Shown here: one piece after another, positions 37,448 through 51,625 of the stretch
Numbering within the stretch: the first letter of the stretch is position 1
Layout of the letters: the number at the start of each line of letters is the position of its first letter
NCBI GenBank assembly: GCA_977017645.1
Contig: OZ360220.1
Span: forward strand, 87,792,001 to 87,856,000
DNA from: Torpedo marmorata
Taxonomy: Eukaryota
Direction: 5' to 3'
DNA: 64,000 nucleotides
Notes under the pieces: model-generated
Database searches by the model: none
The model's input: the letters and a program-made list of their open reading frames with translations, nothing else
Told to the model about the DNA's origin: nothing
Translations under genes and position numbers: made by a program

Positions 37448-39470
37448 CAGAATCAGAATCAGAATCAGAATTTATTGTCATGAACATGTCATGAAATTCG
37501 GTGTTTTGCGGCAGCATCATAGTGCAATTAACATTCATATTAACCATTCTAACGACATTACTATAAAAAATTATAAACAATAGTGCACGAAAAGTAAGGT
37601 AGTGTATTTGGTTCATTGATTATTTAGGAATCTGATGGCAGCGGGGAAGAAGCTGTCCTTGTGCCGTTGAGTGCTCGTCTTTAGGCTCCTGTACCTTTTC
37701 CCCGATGGAAGCAGTGTGAAGAGGGCATGGCCTGGGTGGTGGGGGTCCTTGAGGATAGAGGCTGCTTTTTTAAGACACCGCCTCATGAAGATGTCCTCGA
37801 TGGAGTGAAGTTTGGTGCCTGTGATGTCACAGGCCGAGTTAACAACCTTCTGGAGTTTACTCTTGTCCTGGGAGTTGGCGCCACCATACCAGGCAGTGAT
37901 GCAACCAGCCAGAATGCTCTCCACGGTACACCTGTAGAAGTTTACAAGAGTCTTTGGTGACATACCGAATCTCCGCAAACACCTCACAAAGTATAGCCGC
38001 TGACGAGCCTTCTTTGTGATTGCATCCACGTGGATGCTCCAGGACAGATCCTCTGAGATGTTGACACCCAGTAATTTGAAGTTCTTGACCCTCTCCACGA
38101 CTGAGCCCTTGATGAGGACTGGGTCGTGTTCCCCCGACTTCCTCCGGAAGTCCACAATCATCTCCTTGGTTTTGCTGACGTTGAGCTCAGGGTTGTTGTC
38201 ATTACACCATTCAACGAGCTGATCTATCTCCCTCCTGTATGCTTCCTCATTGCCGTTTGTGATTCTGCCGACAACTGTGGTGTCATTGGCAAACTTGTAT
38301 ATGGCATTCGAATTGTGCCTAACCACACAGTCATGAGTGTATAACGAGTAGAGCAGTGGACTAAGCACGCATCCTTGGGGTGCACCTGTGCTGATAATCA
38401 GTGAGGAGGAGACGTTGTTTCCAATTCATACTGACTGTGGTCTTCCGATGAGAAAGTCAAGGATCCAGTTGCAGAGGGGGGTACAGAGGCCAAGAGTTTA
38501 TAGCTTCTCGACCAGCACTGAGGGAATAATGGTTTTGAAGGCCGAGCTGTAGTCGATGAAGAGCAACCGTATGTATGAATTGCTGTTTTCGACGTGATCC
38601 AGAGCTGAGTGGAGAGCCAGCGATATTGCATCTGCTGTGGAGCGATTGTGGCGATAGGCGAGTTGCAGTGGGTCCAGATCTTTGCTTAGGTATGTGTTAA
38701 TTCTGGCCATGACCAGCCTCTCAAAGCATTTCATCACAGTAGAAGTTAGTGCTACTGGGCAGTAGTCGTTGAGGCAGCTCACACTACTCTTCTTGGGTAC
38801 CGGTATGATTGATGCCCTTTTGCAGCAGGTGGGAACCTCTGACTGCCGCAATGAGAGGTTGAAAATGTCCGTGAACACTCCGGCTAGTTGGTTGGCGCAG
38901 ATTTCCAATACCCTGCCAGGTACGCCGTCAGGGCCTGACGCCTTGCGAGGGTTCACCCTCTTGAATGATGTTCTGACGTCGCCCTCAGAGACAGATATCA
39001 CAGGGTTCTCAGCCTTTTCAGGGATTCTATTAGGCACTGTTTTGTTCTTCTTCTCAAAGCGGGCATAGAAGGTGTTCAGCTCATTGGGTAGTGAAGCATC
39101 ACAGCCATCTATAGTGTTCGCCCTCGCTTTGTAGGCTGTAATGGCCTGCACTCCCTGCCATAGCTGGCGTGTATCTGTCTCTGTCTCTAGCTTCCTTCGG
39201 AATTGCCACTTTCCTTCAGAGATGGCCTTCCGCAGGTCGTGCCTGGACTTTTTGTAAAGATCCCGGTCCCCGGCCTTAAACGCCCTTGTTCTCGTCCTCA
39301 GCAGGTTGCGAATTCTTTGATTCATCCAGGGCTTCTGGTTGAGGAACACCCGGTATTTGCGCGTTGGCACAGACTCATCCACGCAGGTCTGGATGAAGTT
39401 GGTGACACCTGTTGCATATTCATTTAGGTCTATGGCTGAGTGCTTGAATATGTTCCAGTCCACCGATTCA
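37448..39470 (-). mobile_element. 5'-truncated Rex1 LINE nested in L1 copy 1 ORF2
   Basis: ORFs 38498-39463 and 37613-38368 (RT). (ATTCTG)n tail. 6-bp TSD AATTAT (37442-37447, 39471-39476). L1 frame YNFLHQL/YLTPKK resumes after it. Confidence 0.92.
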
Positions 39471-40010
39471 AATTATATTTAACACCTAAGAAATTAAAGA
39501 AATTCAATCAGACATTATCAGGTTTATGTTTTAGATGTAATAGAGAGGAAGGTTCTTTTGTACACTCTAAATTGCTTTGTCCAAAGATATATGATTTTTG
39601 GTTGAAAGTTAAAAAGTTTTTAGACAAACTATTAAGTATTACACTCACAATGGATCCCATGATATTTTTGTTTGGAGATATTAAAAAAATTAGTATTAAG
39701 ACGAGATTAAATATGTATCAAATAAAATTTTTGCAAACTGCTTTAGCTGTTTCTAAGAAATGCATTGCTATTATATGGAAGTCTGATGTAGATTTAGGGT
39801 TAGAGAGATGGCATGCAGAACTTCGTTCAGCTATACCACTTGAAAAAATTACTTATAATTTACGTAATAAATATCATTTCTTTTTGGAAAAAATGGAGCC
39901 CATATATAAAAACTGTTGGTTTGAGGATTTGAAGATCTCTGGATATCAGATCTGACTGGCGAACCTTTGTTCCACAATAAAATTAGCTTATAGTTGTTCT
40001 TTTTTAGAGT

Positions 40011-40188
40011 NNNNNNNNNNNNNNNNNNNNNNNNNNNNNNNNNNNNNNNNNNNNNNNNNNNNNNNNNNNNNNNNNNNNNNNNNNNNNNNNNNNNNNNNNN
40101 NNNNNNNNNNNNNNNNNNNNNNNNNNNNNNNNNNNNNNNNNNNNNNNNNNNNNNNNNNNNNNNNNNNNNNNNNNNNNNNNNNNNNNNN
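40011..40188. other. Assembly gap (178 N) in the T-rich/G-rich L1 3' UTR
   Basis: N run. Confidence 0.99.
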
Positions 40189-42739
40189 GGAGGGTTAGGG
40201 AGGGGAGGGAGGGAGGGGGGTGAAAATATATCACATGTATTTTGATAATTTTGCATTTTACAATATGTATTATCGAGTGATTTAAAATGTTAAATAAAAT
40301 ATTTTTAAAAAAAAGAAATCTGATGGCCAATGGGAAGAAGCTGCTTTTGTGCCGGTGTGTTTTCGTCTTCTGGCTCCTGTACTTCCTTCCTAATGGTAGC
40401 AGTGTGAAGAGGGCATGGCCTTTGTGGTGAGGGTCCCTGAGAATAGAGGTAGTTTTCTTGAGATAACGACTCTTGTAGATGTCCTCCATGGAGTGAAGAC
40501 TGATGCCCATGATGGTGTTGGCTGAGGTCACAACTCTCTGTCATCTTTTCCTGTCCTATGCAGTGGCACCTCCATACCAGACCATGATGCCACCGGTTAG
40601 AATGCTCTTCATAGTACACATGTAGAAATTTGCAAGAGTCTTTGGTGACATGCCAAATCTCCTCAAGCTCCTCATGAAGTACAGCTGCTGGCGAGCCTGC
40701 TTCATGATTGCATCGGCATGGAGGTCCCAGGACAGAAATCAAGTAGTAAAATCACCTCTAATACCCCTCAGTATGCCTCTACAACATTAACTATAATAGA
40801 TATTACTTCTTTTTCATAAGGTGTGGATTCATCACAATCATGGTATTCAGAGGATAGAGAACAGATCAGGAGAAACACAGGAGTCTGCAGATGTTGCAAT
40901 CTGGAGTAACAAACAATCTGCTGGAGGAACTCAGTGGTTCACGCAGCATCAACGTTCTGGGCTGGAACCCTACATCAAGACACAAATCATTTGGCTTAAT
41001 ATGGTCAAAATATATTAAGATTGCTGTGATAGAACTGCAGTTTGCAGGATCTGTGAAATGTTCAGTGTTCACTGTACTTTATAGATTGTGTTCATTAGAT
41101 TAATATTTGACACTTTCCATTCAGTTATCTTGAGGGCTAAGGGAGGCATTTAACAAGATGCAATTTTCTTGGTCATGTAGTTTTAACTGTGCATCTCTCA
41201 GAGAGATGTATGACATGAAAATTATATGGTGTTTGTTCAAGGGCTTAGCTGAATAATATCATAGACCTGATGAGGATCAGATATTTGCAAAACTGTAAAA
41301 TATTCTGTTGCAGAAGAAAGGCAATAATTTTCAGGGAAACGGTGTCAGGATCAATAATATCCTTTAAGGCAAGATGGACAGTAACAAAATTGGAAGAAAA
41401 TCATCTCTATTATGGAAACCTCTGACCTGCAGTTTTAGCAAAAATGAACTGCATCGATAAAATGTCTTTAACAAAACAATATGACAAAGCATTTTCTAGA
41501 AATGCAGAAAACAAAGATGCAGGGTGTTTGAAGAATAGCTGCAAAAAACTGACAGCAGAAACAAATGTATTTTTGAAGAGATTTTTTGAAGGTAAAATGG
41601 TGGTAAGGTAGGTCTGTTTTAATGTGTCAATGCAAAACAGTAAGAACACTGCAACAAAAAGAAACAGTTGATGAGAATAATATCTGATGCAAACATAAAA
41701 ACAATCCATTCTATCCATACTCCATACCAGCTTTTATACTTCACCCAAGCCTCCCTTTAACCCTAATTCTGACAGCATAATCTTCAATTCTTTTTCTACA
41801 CTTCAATTACATCTCTCAGAAATAAACCCTACTGCTCAATTTGCTTTCTTTGTAATGCCTTATTATCCTGTGTTGTTACATTTAGTGATCTGTGTAACTG
41901 AGCTACATGATCGTTCTTGATCTACCCCATTTAGTTTTTACTTTGCAAGCGCTGCATGACCTCCTTTTTTTCTTACTAAAACTGATTACCTCAACATTTA
42001 CTGTATTTGCCTTTTCCTAGATGTTTCTAATTTATTGCAGTTCTCTTGATTTTTCACTGTTCTCTTAACTAACACTTAGTTAGCAATTGTGATTTTGACT
42101 GAGAATATAAATTCTAAATATAAATATCAGATTGTCACAGCATTGATTAACGAGAAATTCCACTTGACAACTTCTGCCATTCTGATTAGCTACCCTTTCT
42201 CTCTGCTTCTGTCCTTAAACTTTGACTCTTCATGTTCTGACAATCATTAATCTAATCTATCCTGCCTTGTCAAAATCCTTCTGAAACCCAGGTAAATTAA
42301 ATCTATTGCTTTATCTCGTCTGCAGCACCCATAACCTTGCCAAAGAAATCAGAAGTTAATTGGACAAGACTTTTCCTTCGAATTACATGCAAAATTTTTT
42401 TTTATTATATTTTGTTTCTGGAGGTTTATCTGTTTTTATCTTAAATTGTGATAGATTGTATCTTATTTCCTATCATTGATATTGTGCTTTCCGTGGTCTC
42501 CAGACAAGATCGACCTCCCTTCATAAATATTGATGTAACCTTACAATTCAGCATTACTCTGGTGCTGCAGCTTTTTCCCAATTTTGTGATAGTGTTCCAA
42601 GAACAAAGTGGGAAGACATGGAATGCCGGAATTAGATGAAGCCAAATACAAACACGTGAGGTACTCTCAGTCTTATAATGGGGTTAGGTATCGTGGGGTA
42701 AGCTTTGTCCAATGACAAGGACAAAGATTTTTAAGTTAA

Positions 42740-43135
42740 ACAGGAAAGTCTGCAGGCTCTGTGATTGTAGTGCAATACACAAAAGTGCTGGAGAAGTTCA
42801 CCAGGTCACACAGCATTGAAAGGACGTAAAGGGTAACCAACATATCTCCGTCTCGTTTACTCCAGCTCCCCCCACCTTCTCTTTCCTCTCCAATCAGAGC
42901 TATCCCCTCCCCCTATCACCTCTCAGCTTTTTTTCTCCTACCCTCTCACCCTTCTCCACCCTCCTCTACTCCTCCCCCTGCCCCGTTATCCATCCTCTCT
43001 GCTCCTCCCCCCATCTTTTATTCAGGTGCCTGCCTACCTTGACAAAGGGCTCAGGCCTGAAACATTGGTCACCCTTTACTTCCTATAGGTGCTTCATGAC
43101 CTGCTGAGTTTCTCCAGCACTTTTGTGTATTACAC
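42740..43135 (+). mobile_element. Penelope-like fragment with inverted terminal segments and a degenerate hammerhead motif
   Basis: 42771-42843 is an imperfect inverted copy of 43061-43133. C/T-rich middle. TTGACAAAGGGCTCAGGCCTGAAACATTG at ~43039-43067. Related short fragments at ~22360-22470, 23240-23370, 28465-28545, 31010-31075, 31870-32035, 40868-40980 and 45720-45865. Confidence 0.6.
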
Positions 43136-43362
43136 AGATTTTTTAATATTTTATTTATTGAATATAGTGCTAAGCAATTTCAAAAAATCTTTACTGACTC
43201 AAAATAATATTAAAACTGAACTGGTTTAACAAATACATTCACTGAAATAGCAGTCTAACTATTTATTTTGTGCTCGGAGATCTCAGCCAAATTTGTTATC
43301 ATGCTTAGTTTATATTTTGCTTTCCTCATTGGTAACAAATATAAACACAAATTATCGCAAAA

Positions 43363-44317
43363 TCAATCAAGTCAAGTTTATTATCATCTGATTGCATAGG
43401 TACAACGTGACGAAATAGCATTCTCCAGTTCTCGGTGCAAAACATAGAGACACACAACCAGACATAAAACACACATACGACAAATGATACAAGTATTCAT
43501 ATATACAAATAAATAAATGAATATTGTTTCATAAATATGAGCGTCTCGGATGGTTAGTGTGAGCAGTTTCTTTGGTCGCTCAGTATTCTCACTACCCGTG
43601 GGAAGAAGCTGTTTTTCAGCCTGCTGGTGCTGGCTCTGATAGGAGGACAGGAGGAGCTGAAAGATACTGTGTGCAGGGTGGTAGGCGTCCTCAATAATTT
43701 TTCGCACCCTCATTAGACAACGATTCCGGTAGATCACGTCGCTGGAGGGGAGGGAGACCCCAGTGATCCTCTCTGCCACTCTTATGGTCCTGTGGATTGA
43801 CCTCCGATCCATTTCTCTGCAGCGACCATACTGCACTGTGATGCAGCCGGCTGGTACGCTCTCAATAGAGCCTCTATAGAAAGCTGACATGATGATGACC
43901 AGAAGCCATGACCGGTAGCCTTGCCCGCTTCAGTCTTCTCAGGAAGTGCAATTGCTGTTGCACCTTCCTGACAAGGGAGGTGATGTCGTGTGTCCACGAT
44001 AGGTCACCAGTTAACTGGACTCTAAGGAACTTGGTGCTCTCTACCCTCTCCACTACAGAGTTATTGATGTGTAGTGGAGGGCAGTCGTTCCTGGTCTTCC
44101 TGATCATCTTCTTCATCTCGTCCACATTGAGACTCAGGTTGTTGCTCTCGCACCATATCACAAAATTTTCTGTAGTGAGACTCATCGTTGTTGCTGAAGA
44201 GGCCAACTACTGTTGTGTCATCTGCAAACTTGATGACACTGTTGGAGCTGTATCTGGTGATGGTAGCGTGAACAGGAGTGGGCTGAGCACATAGCCCTGA
44301 AGTGCGCCAGTGCTCAT
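43363..44317 (-). mobile_element. Decayed 5'-truncated Rex1 LINE
   Basis: [35 protein letters not shown], and (TTGAC)n tail. Same subfamily as 26972-28030. Confidence 0.87.
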
Positions 44318-46629
44318 TACATGTAAAGAAAACTGCATAAAATCATTTGAAATTATACAATTAATTCTGTCAAACACTTGTTTTTTTTTAATAAAACTTC
44401 TGTTGATATAATTCCCAAAACAAACTTTTTGTAAACCATTGTAATTGAGGGCACCTCTTGTAAATTGATAGAATTCCATAACATATTCCCAAAAGCAGCA
44501 GGAAAATTCTTGTATCCCATAACATGTAAATTTTATCTGACGGTAATGGCAGACAAAGTCGTTCAACTCTACATTGTATACAATTGAAATCACTGGTGTA
44601 AAGTTTCACCCACCCAAAAAACATATTAGGAATTTGAGCATGTTAGGAATATGAATTCAAAACAGCCCTGATATGTACAAGGATATGAAAACCAATTTAC
44701 CACTCTAAAGCTGCAGTGTATAAACTAAAGAATAACACTCAACAAACACAAACAAAATAAAAGACTACATAACAGCTGAAACAGCAGTTTTGAAGTACAG
44801 AAGAATAAAGTCTGTCTGTAATAATGGCTTGAAATGACCTTTTCTTTATCTTTCATGCATGAAGCCATTACATTCCTGAATTAATGCAGAAGGTCAGAAA
44901 AGCTGAATTAATTCAATCGAGGCAAAACAAAAAAACAGCACTATTCTTCCATTTAAAATTTGCATAATACATTTTTTTCTGAATAAAATGCACTATATTC
45001 ACACAAATATTATCAAAAATATACAGAGAATTCACATGAGGCTAATATTTGATTTGCACTGGAAGTACTTCTGCCAATTTTGATTTGGCAATGATAAGGA
45101 TTGTTGCATGCTTTCAAGTGAGACTTCATGTAAACTATCCTTCATTTATTTTGTGGTTTCAATTCATTTTAACTGAGATTAAATGTCACTCAGAGAACTG
45201 CAAAAGGCTGCTAAGAATGTACTTGGCAAATAGATATGCAATAGTGAATCAGGGTTTGAAATAAAGTGAATAGAATCCCAGCACTGTACACAATTATTGT
45301 ATTTTACATTAGCATCATCAGAGTGTTTTTTAATTTATTTACTGAATTTTATTGCAGTCAAAAGCAATGGCTGGTAATCTCCCCTTCAGAACAGACTCTG
45401 TGGAATGTAAGTCAATGTTTGCCTCCCTCTTTAGAATTAGCATTCCAGCAGAAAAGAAGAAAACCCACTGCTATTCTTTGGAGAGAAACTGGAAAATTGT
45501 TAAGAAAATAAATAAAAACAGGTCCAGAATTGCAAAAGAAAAGTTCTGTTAAAATGGGTTAGGCGCTGTGTTTACTTTTTGTCTCCAGGAAATTTTGAGG
45601 TTATCTCCAATGTTTCAGACTGATTGCAAACAAAATAAATTACGTCTGAGAGCAATACTAAATCACAGATTTTTGACTCCAGTGTACATCTGTGGCAGAA
45701 ATTAAAACAGATCCCATGGGAAATGCTCAGCAGATCAGTGGGAAGCTGCAAAAAAGAGAATAAAATTAAGTTTCAGGCAAAAGACTGTTCTCTAACCCAA
45801 AAATGATAACTCTATTTCTCTTTCCACTGATGCTGCCTGACCTGCTGACTAGTTCCAGCATTTGTTTTTATTGATATCTGTAGCAGCAGATTAAAGACTT
45901 AAATATGTATTTATCATGACCTGCATTGATCCATATATAACCTTGAGTGAAAGACCATGTATTTTTAAAAGATGTGAAAGAAATTTGAATTTTCATTTTA
46001 TCTCCTTTGGAATTTTAGGGTTCATAAAATCTGGCAATTCAATCAAATTATGACTAAATGAAATTACTTATCACTGGGCAAATGATTTTCAAAACAACAA
46101 AGCCTCCTTTTGAAGGCTGCAATATTAACAGGTTATATGAGGCAGACCAGAAGAAGCCTGTCCAATTTTCCAATTTTGCAGTGCAGGAGCAGTATATTAG
46201 TTTATTAGTAAGTAGCAGTTCAGCTCTATTGACCAGAGAGAACAGCTGCTGACATGGTTCTCTGCACTCTTGGGAACTCTATAACTCTGTGTGAATGGAA
46301 AATAAATGAATGTGTTACCACATACAGATAAAGCCATTGTTATCACCTGGAGCAATGGCTGAGATACACAAAACCAAAGTAAGTCAAGGGATCTGACTGG
46401 TGCTACTGTGGTGGCCCTTGTAGCTCATGACACAAGTCGCTGCACATGGCAACTTTGAAATGGCAAGAAACTACTTTGGCCTCCTTTGTGACACCATGAC
46501 ATTGGGGATATGTCTACACTTCCATGACCATGAAGGATTGTTTGAATCAGTAAGACAGCTGCACGTAAAACTCCACAGGGAGTGGTACATCTAACTTTCT
46601 TGCTCATTTTTCCTTCACATAGACTCAAA

Positions 46630-47310
46630 GAGTCATAGAGTATAGAAACAGGGCTTTTGGCCCAACTTGCCTATGTTAACCAAAATGGCCCACCCACAAC
46701 TAGTCCCACCTGCCTCCATTTGGCCCATATCTCACTGAATCTATCCTATTCATGTACCTGTCCAATTTTTCTTAAACATTGCTATAGTACCTGCCTCAAC
46801 CACCTTCTTCAATCACTCACTCCATACACCCACCACCTTCTGTGTTAAAAAGGTAACCCTTAGGTTCCTGTTAAATCTTTCCCCTCTCAACTTAAACCTA
46901 TGTCCTCTGGTTACTGATTCCTCTACTCTGGGCACAAAACTCTCTGTGTTTACCTGATCTATTCCTGTCATGATTTTGTACACCTCCATGAGATCACCCC
47001 TCATCCTCCTGTGCTTCAAGGAATAAAGCCCTAGCCTGCTCAACCTCTCCCTATAGCTCGGGCCCCCAATTCCTGGCACCATCCTTGTAAATCTTCTCTG
47101 CATCCTTTCCAGGTTGACAACATCTTTCCTGTGGCATGATGACCAAACTAAACAGAATACTCCAAATGTGCCTCACCAACGTCTTATGCAACTCCAACAT
47201 GACCTCCCTACTTCTATACTCAATACTCTGAATGAATAAGGCCAATGTGACAAAAGCCTTTTTGACTACCCTATCTACCAGCGACTTCACTTTCAAGGTA
47301 TTATGCATAT
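46630..47310 (-). mobile_element. Decayed CR1 3' fragment
   Basis: QRRFTRMVPG...SYRERLSRLGLYSL...RGDLMEVYKIM...TRGHRFKL (46813-47103). Confidence 0.87.
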
Positions 47311-48729
47311 ACCCTGGCATGCATAGAAGGATTTCCATGTTGCCAGTCTAAAGGCTGAAAATGTTATTGACTGGAATGAAAATTTTGTACAAGGGTTAAG
47401 AATGGTGTTAAAGTAATACCAAACGCCAATCACAATTCAAAGAGAATGGACACCATAAAAATGAACTTCGGATGAAGGAGGAAAAAAATCTTGTAAACAG
47501 GAAGCTGAGAAAGGTGGAAAAGAAAAGGAAAGTCAGGATTGCCTGGATTACATGAGGGAAGGGGAAAAATATAAATGGGATATGGAAGTAGTGAAACAGG
47601 AGTCTCTAAGGGACTTGGTGGGAGCTATGAAAAATGGCAAGAAAATCATTTACTTCCGATCTATTTTGACCTTGGCAGAAAGGTAACAAACCATATCCTG
47701 CAGCTCGAAGAAACAGCGCATATAAGATTGGCAAATTACACCATTAACCAGGTTTTCTACTCATGCAGGACATCGGGGAGAGGGGGAGCATGGAAATTCT
47801 CTGCAGAATGCATAGCTTGCACATCCTTTGTATTTTTCTGTCATTCTCCATTGATTGGTTCAGTTCAAATGAAAACTGAAGGAATAGAGTTCATACAACT
47901 CAAAGGGGCATCCAGGATCTTCCAACAACAAAAAAGACTTTAAAGTTTTGTTTAGCCTATGGTTATGGACAATGACTGACAGTTTGGACTGAGGATGGTA
48001 AGCAGGAAGGATGAAGTCTTTTGGAGTATACACTGGGACCTGGTACTGAAAGAGTTAACTTGCCCAGGACTTCTTGTATTTACCAGAGAGAGACATCAGG
48101 GGGAGACAAACTGTGAAAAAGATACTTGGTGAAAAACTTTGGAAAGAGCAGGCTGGAGAGAGTTTCTCTCTATTGTGAGGCCTAAAGTGAAAACTAAAAG
48201 TGTGGCAGTTTTGGAGTTGAAATGGCGGGAGAACTCAGTAGGATCCAGGCCTGTGCATCCCAGAGAAGAAGTGGGGAGAATAGCACAGAGTCTCTTGAAT
48301 CAGAAAAGTCCAGGCTTGTGCATCCCAGGAAAAAGGCTGGGAGAAAAACAAGGCCTGATGATTCGGCAGAATCCTGAGTTGTGAGAACAGCTTTTGTGAG
48401 GAACTGGCTGTGAAATCCAAGTATACGCCTTAATCCAAAATGGATCTGAATTCGCAATCCTTATGAAAACACAAGAAGAGAACGTCATCAGAGAAGAAAA
48501 GCAAGCCAAGTATTCGTAAGCATAAACAGTCATTGTCTCTCTCCAATGTTCATTAAGAAGTCCTTCTACCAGCACACAGAGCTGAATTTGGAACCTGAAC
48601 TTAGAGAGTGAATTTTTGTGGACTGTATTTTTTTTTTTACTGACTTGTTTTTATGATTGACCTGGGGTTTTTGGGGAAAGTTTTTCCATTTTTACATGAG
48701 GGTTGGGCACAGAATGAAATGGTCTAGGC

Positions 48730-48770
<41 letters not shown>

Positions 48771-49114
48771 TTTAGATAAGAATAGTGTTTATAGACGTTT
48801 ATAGTGGGGTTAAATGTTGTGAAATTATATGTTTTTTTAAAAATATTTTATTTAAATTTTTAAATCACAGGTTACATAAAATAATTTTGCATATATTTCT
48901 TAAAAAATACATGTGATTTACATTTCCCCCCCCCTTCCCACCCTCCCCTCCCTAGCCCCTATATCCCCCTATTCTAAATTTAAAGTAAAATAATAAAAAG
49001 AAGAAAAAGAAAAAGAAAAAGGAAAGATAGAAAAATAGAATGAGGAGTCAATAAACTTAAAAACTAATATACCTTAGAGGTTATTTTCGCCAGCGGATCT
49101 GATATCTAGAGAAT

Positions 49115-51625
49115 TTACAGTGTTAGACCCATAATCCTCATATATGGGCCCCAAATTTTCAAAAAAGAATGATATTTATTTCGTAAATTATAAGTAATTT
49201 TTTCTAATGGTATACATGAACGTAACTCTGCATGCCATCGCTCTAAACTTAAATCAACATCCGATTTCCAAGTAATAGCTATACACTTTTTCAAAACTGC
49301 TAATACTATACGTAAAAATTCTACTTGATACATATTTAATCTATTTCTAATACTAAATTTTTTAATATCTCCAAATAAAAATAACATAGGATCCATTATA
49401 ACTTCAACATTAAGAATTCTTTCTAAAAAATTCTTAACTTTCGACCAAAAGTCTTGAATTTTTGGACATGACCATGTACAGTGTACAAAAGAACCTATTT
49501 CAGTTTTACATCTAAAACACATATCTGATAACGCTGGATTAAATTTCTTCAGGTTTTTAGGTGTTAAATATAATTGATGAAAAAAATTATATTGTACTAA
49601 TCTATATCTCACATTAATAACTTTAGTCATACTTAATTTACATAAATCTCTCCAATGATTTTCATCTATATTAACATTTAAATCCAATTCCCATTTTAAT
49701 CTAGATTTATGCACTCCTACTTTAGACATCTTCCTTTGAAACAATTTATACATTTGTGATATAAACTTATTGACATTAACTTTAGTAATTAACAATTCCA
49801 ATTCATTTTGTCTTGGTGCTATTAACTCATTCCCTAATCTCTCGATCAAAAAAGCTTTAACTTGAAAATAAACTAACATTGTATTATCTAATATATTAAA
49901 TTTTTCTTTTAACCACTGAAAGGTAATAAATCTACCGGCTTCAAAACAGTCTTTTAAAGTCTTCATTCCCTTTTGATACCATAACTTAAGTAACTGGTTA
50001 TCAATAGAAAATGGTAAAAGCGGATTTTGATATATTGGTGTATTTAAAGAAATTAATCCTTTTCGACCTATCTCTTTGTCTACCTGTGACCAAACTTCCA
50101 ACAGATGTTTAATAATTGGTGTATTTTTCTTTTTAAGTGATAATAATTTAGAATTCCATTTATAAATAATATCTTCTTTATGTATTTCTCCTATATTATT
50201 CAATTCTATATTGATCCAAGCAGAAGATTTATTTAAATCGAAAAAATCATTAATAAACTTTAATTGAGCTACTTTATAATAATACTGGAAATTGGGAAGT
50301 TGTAACCCTCCCATCTCATAATTCCATGTTAATTTATCTATACTTACTCTTGCCAACTTTCCTTTCCATAAAAATTTCCTAATAACAAATTTTAAATCTT
50401 TAAAAAATTTATTTGGAATACCATAAGGAATCGATTGAAAAAGATATTGAATTCTTGGAAAAACATTCATTTTAATACAATTTACTCTTCCCATCAAAGT
50501 TATAGGTAAATCTTTCCAAAGCTCTAAATCTTTTTTTATTTTCATAAACAAAGGTATATAATTTAATTTATACAAATTTTCTAATTTTGTATCCACTTTA
50601 ACTCCCAAATATTTAATACTCTCTGTAGTCCATTTAAAGTCCGTAACTTCTTTACATCTAGTATAATCCCCTTGAGATAAAGCCAAAATCTCGCTTTTAT
50701 CTGAATTAATTTTATATCCTGATATCTCACCATATTCTGTCAATATAGTAGCCAATTGTTGAAGTGATGCAACAGATTTCGTCATATATATTAATACATC
50801 ATCTGCAAACAAACTAATCTTATGTTCTTCCCTACCGACCTTTATTCCCATTATATTTATATCTTCTCTAATCATTTCAGCGAAAGGTTCTATTACCAAC
50901 ACAAACATAGCAGGTGACAAAGGGCATCCCTGTCGTGTTGATCTTGATAATAAAAATTTTTCCGATATTTGTCCATTTGTAACTACTTTAGCCGTAGGTT
51001 CTTTATATATAGTTTTGATCCAATGTATAAAATTATCTCCAAATCCGAATTTTTCCAAAACTTTAAATAAAAAATTCCACTCTACTCTATCAAATGCCTT
51101 CTCTGCATCCAATGTTACCACCAATGAAAAATCTTGTTTCTTCTTATATACATTGATCAAACTTATCAGTCTAGCTATATTATCTTTCGAATATCTATTT
51201 TTAATAAATCCAGCTTGATCTGAATGTATTAGATTTGGTAAATATTTAGCTAATCTATTTGATAAAATTTTCGCCATTATCTTATAATCTACATTTAATA
51301 ATGAAATAGGCCTATAAGACTCTGTTTTCAACACATCTCTATCTTTCTTTGGTATAACCGTAATAATAGCATTTAAAAATGTCTTCAGTAATAAATGGGT
51401 TTCCATAACTTGATTCAATACCTCCATATATAAAGGTATCAATAAATCTTTAAATTCTTTATAAAATTCTACTGGAAATTCATCGTCACCTGGAGATTTA
51501 CCACTTTTCAACGTCGATATTGCTTCAGTAACTTCTCTCATCGTAAAAGGTAAATCCAAAGAATATTTACTTTGAACATTCAATTTAGGTAAAGTAATTT
51601 TAGATAAAAATCTATTGATCTTCAT
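49115..51625 (-). pseudogene. L1 copy 3 ORF2 RT and C-terminal CCHC segment (836 open codons)
   Basis: YRPISLLNVDYKI, LDAEKAFD, TRQGCPLSP, FADD, CFRC...H...CPKI. Upstream part is disrupted by adjacent TAG TAA (~51755-51760), a frameshift and the insertion. Confidence 0.92.

Larger units (their letters stand above)
32268..40313 (+). mobile_element. Full-length decayed L1-clade LINE (copy 1)
   Basis: 5' GGGGGCGTGGCGTGATGGCGTAGG. ORF1 from 32397 (ENQSRRNNVKIVGLPE, ELERAHR). ORF2 APE/RT fragments (GGDFN, LDAEKAFD, TRQGC, FADD). Poly-A. 15-bp TSD AGAAATCTGATGG(A/C)C (32253-32267, 40314-40328). Confidence 0.94.
32100..40735 (-). mobile_element. Rex1 3' fragment acting as host of the L1 (pieces ~32100-32267 and 40314-40735)
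   Basis: ORF 40004-40531 (ILRDPHHKGHALFTLLPLGRKYRS...FFPLAIRFL) stops at the L1 TSD, and its 3' UTR continues at 32252-32100. Confidence 0.83.

Noticed and set aside
39849-40256. ORFs spanning X runs
   Set aside because: Artefacts of the N gap.
47645-47720. Possible 44-nt minus-strand exon (CAG...GTAAAT)
   Set aside because: Weak splice signals, no recognisable peptide and no partner exons.
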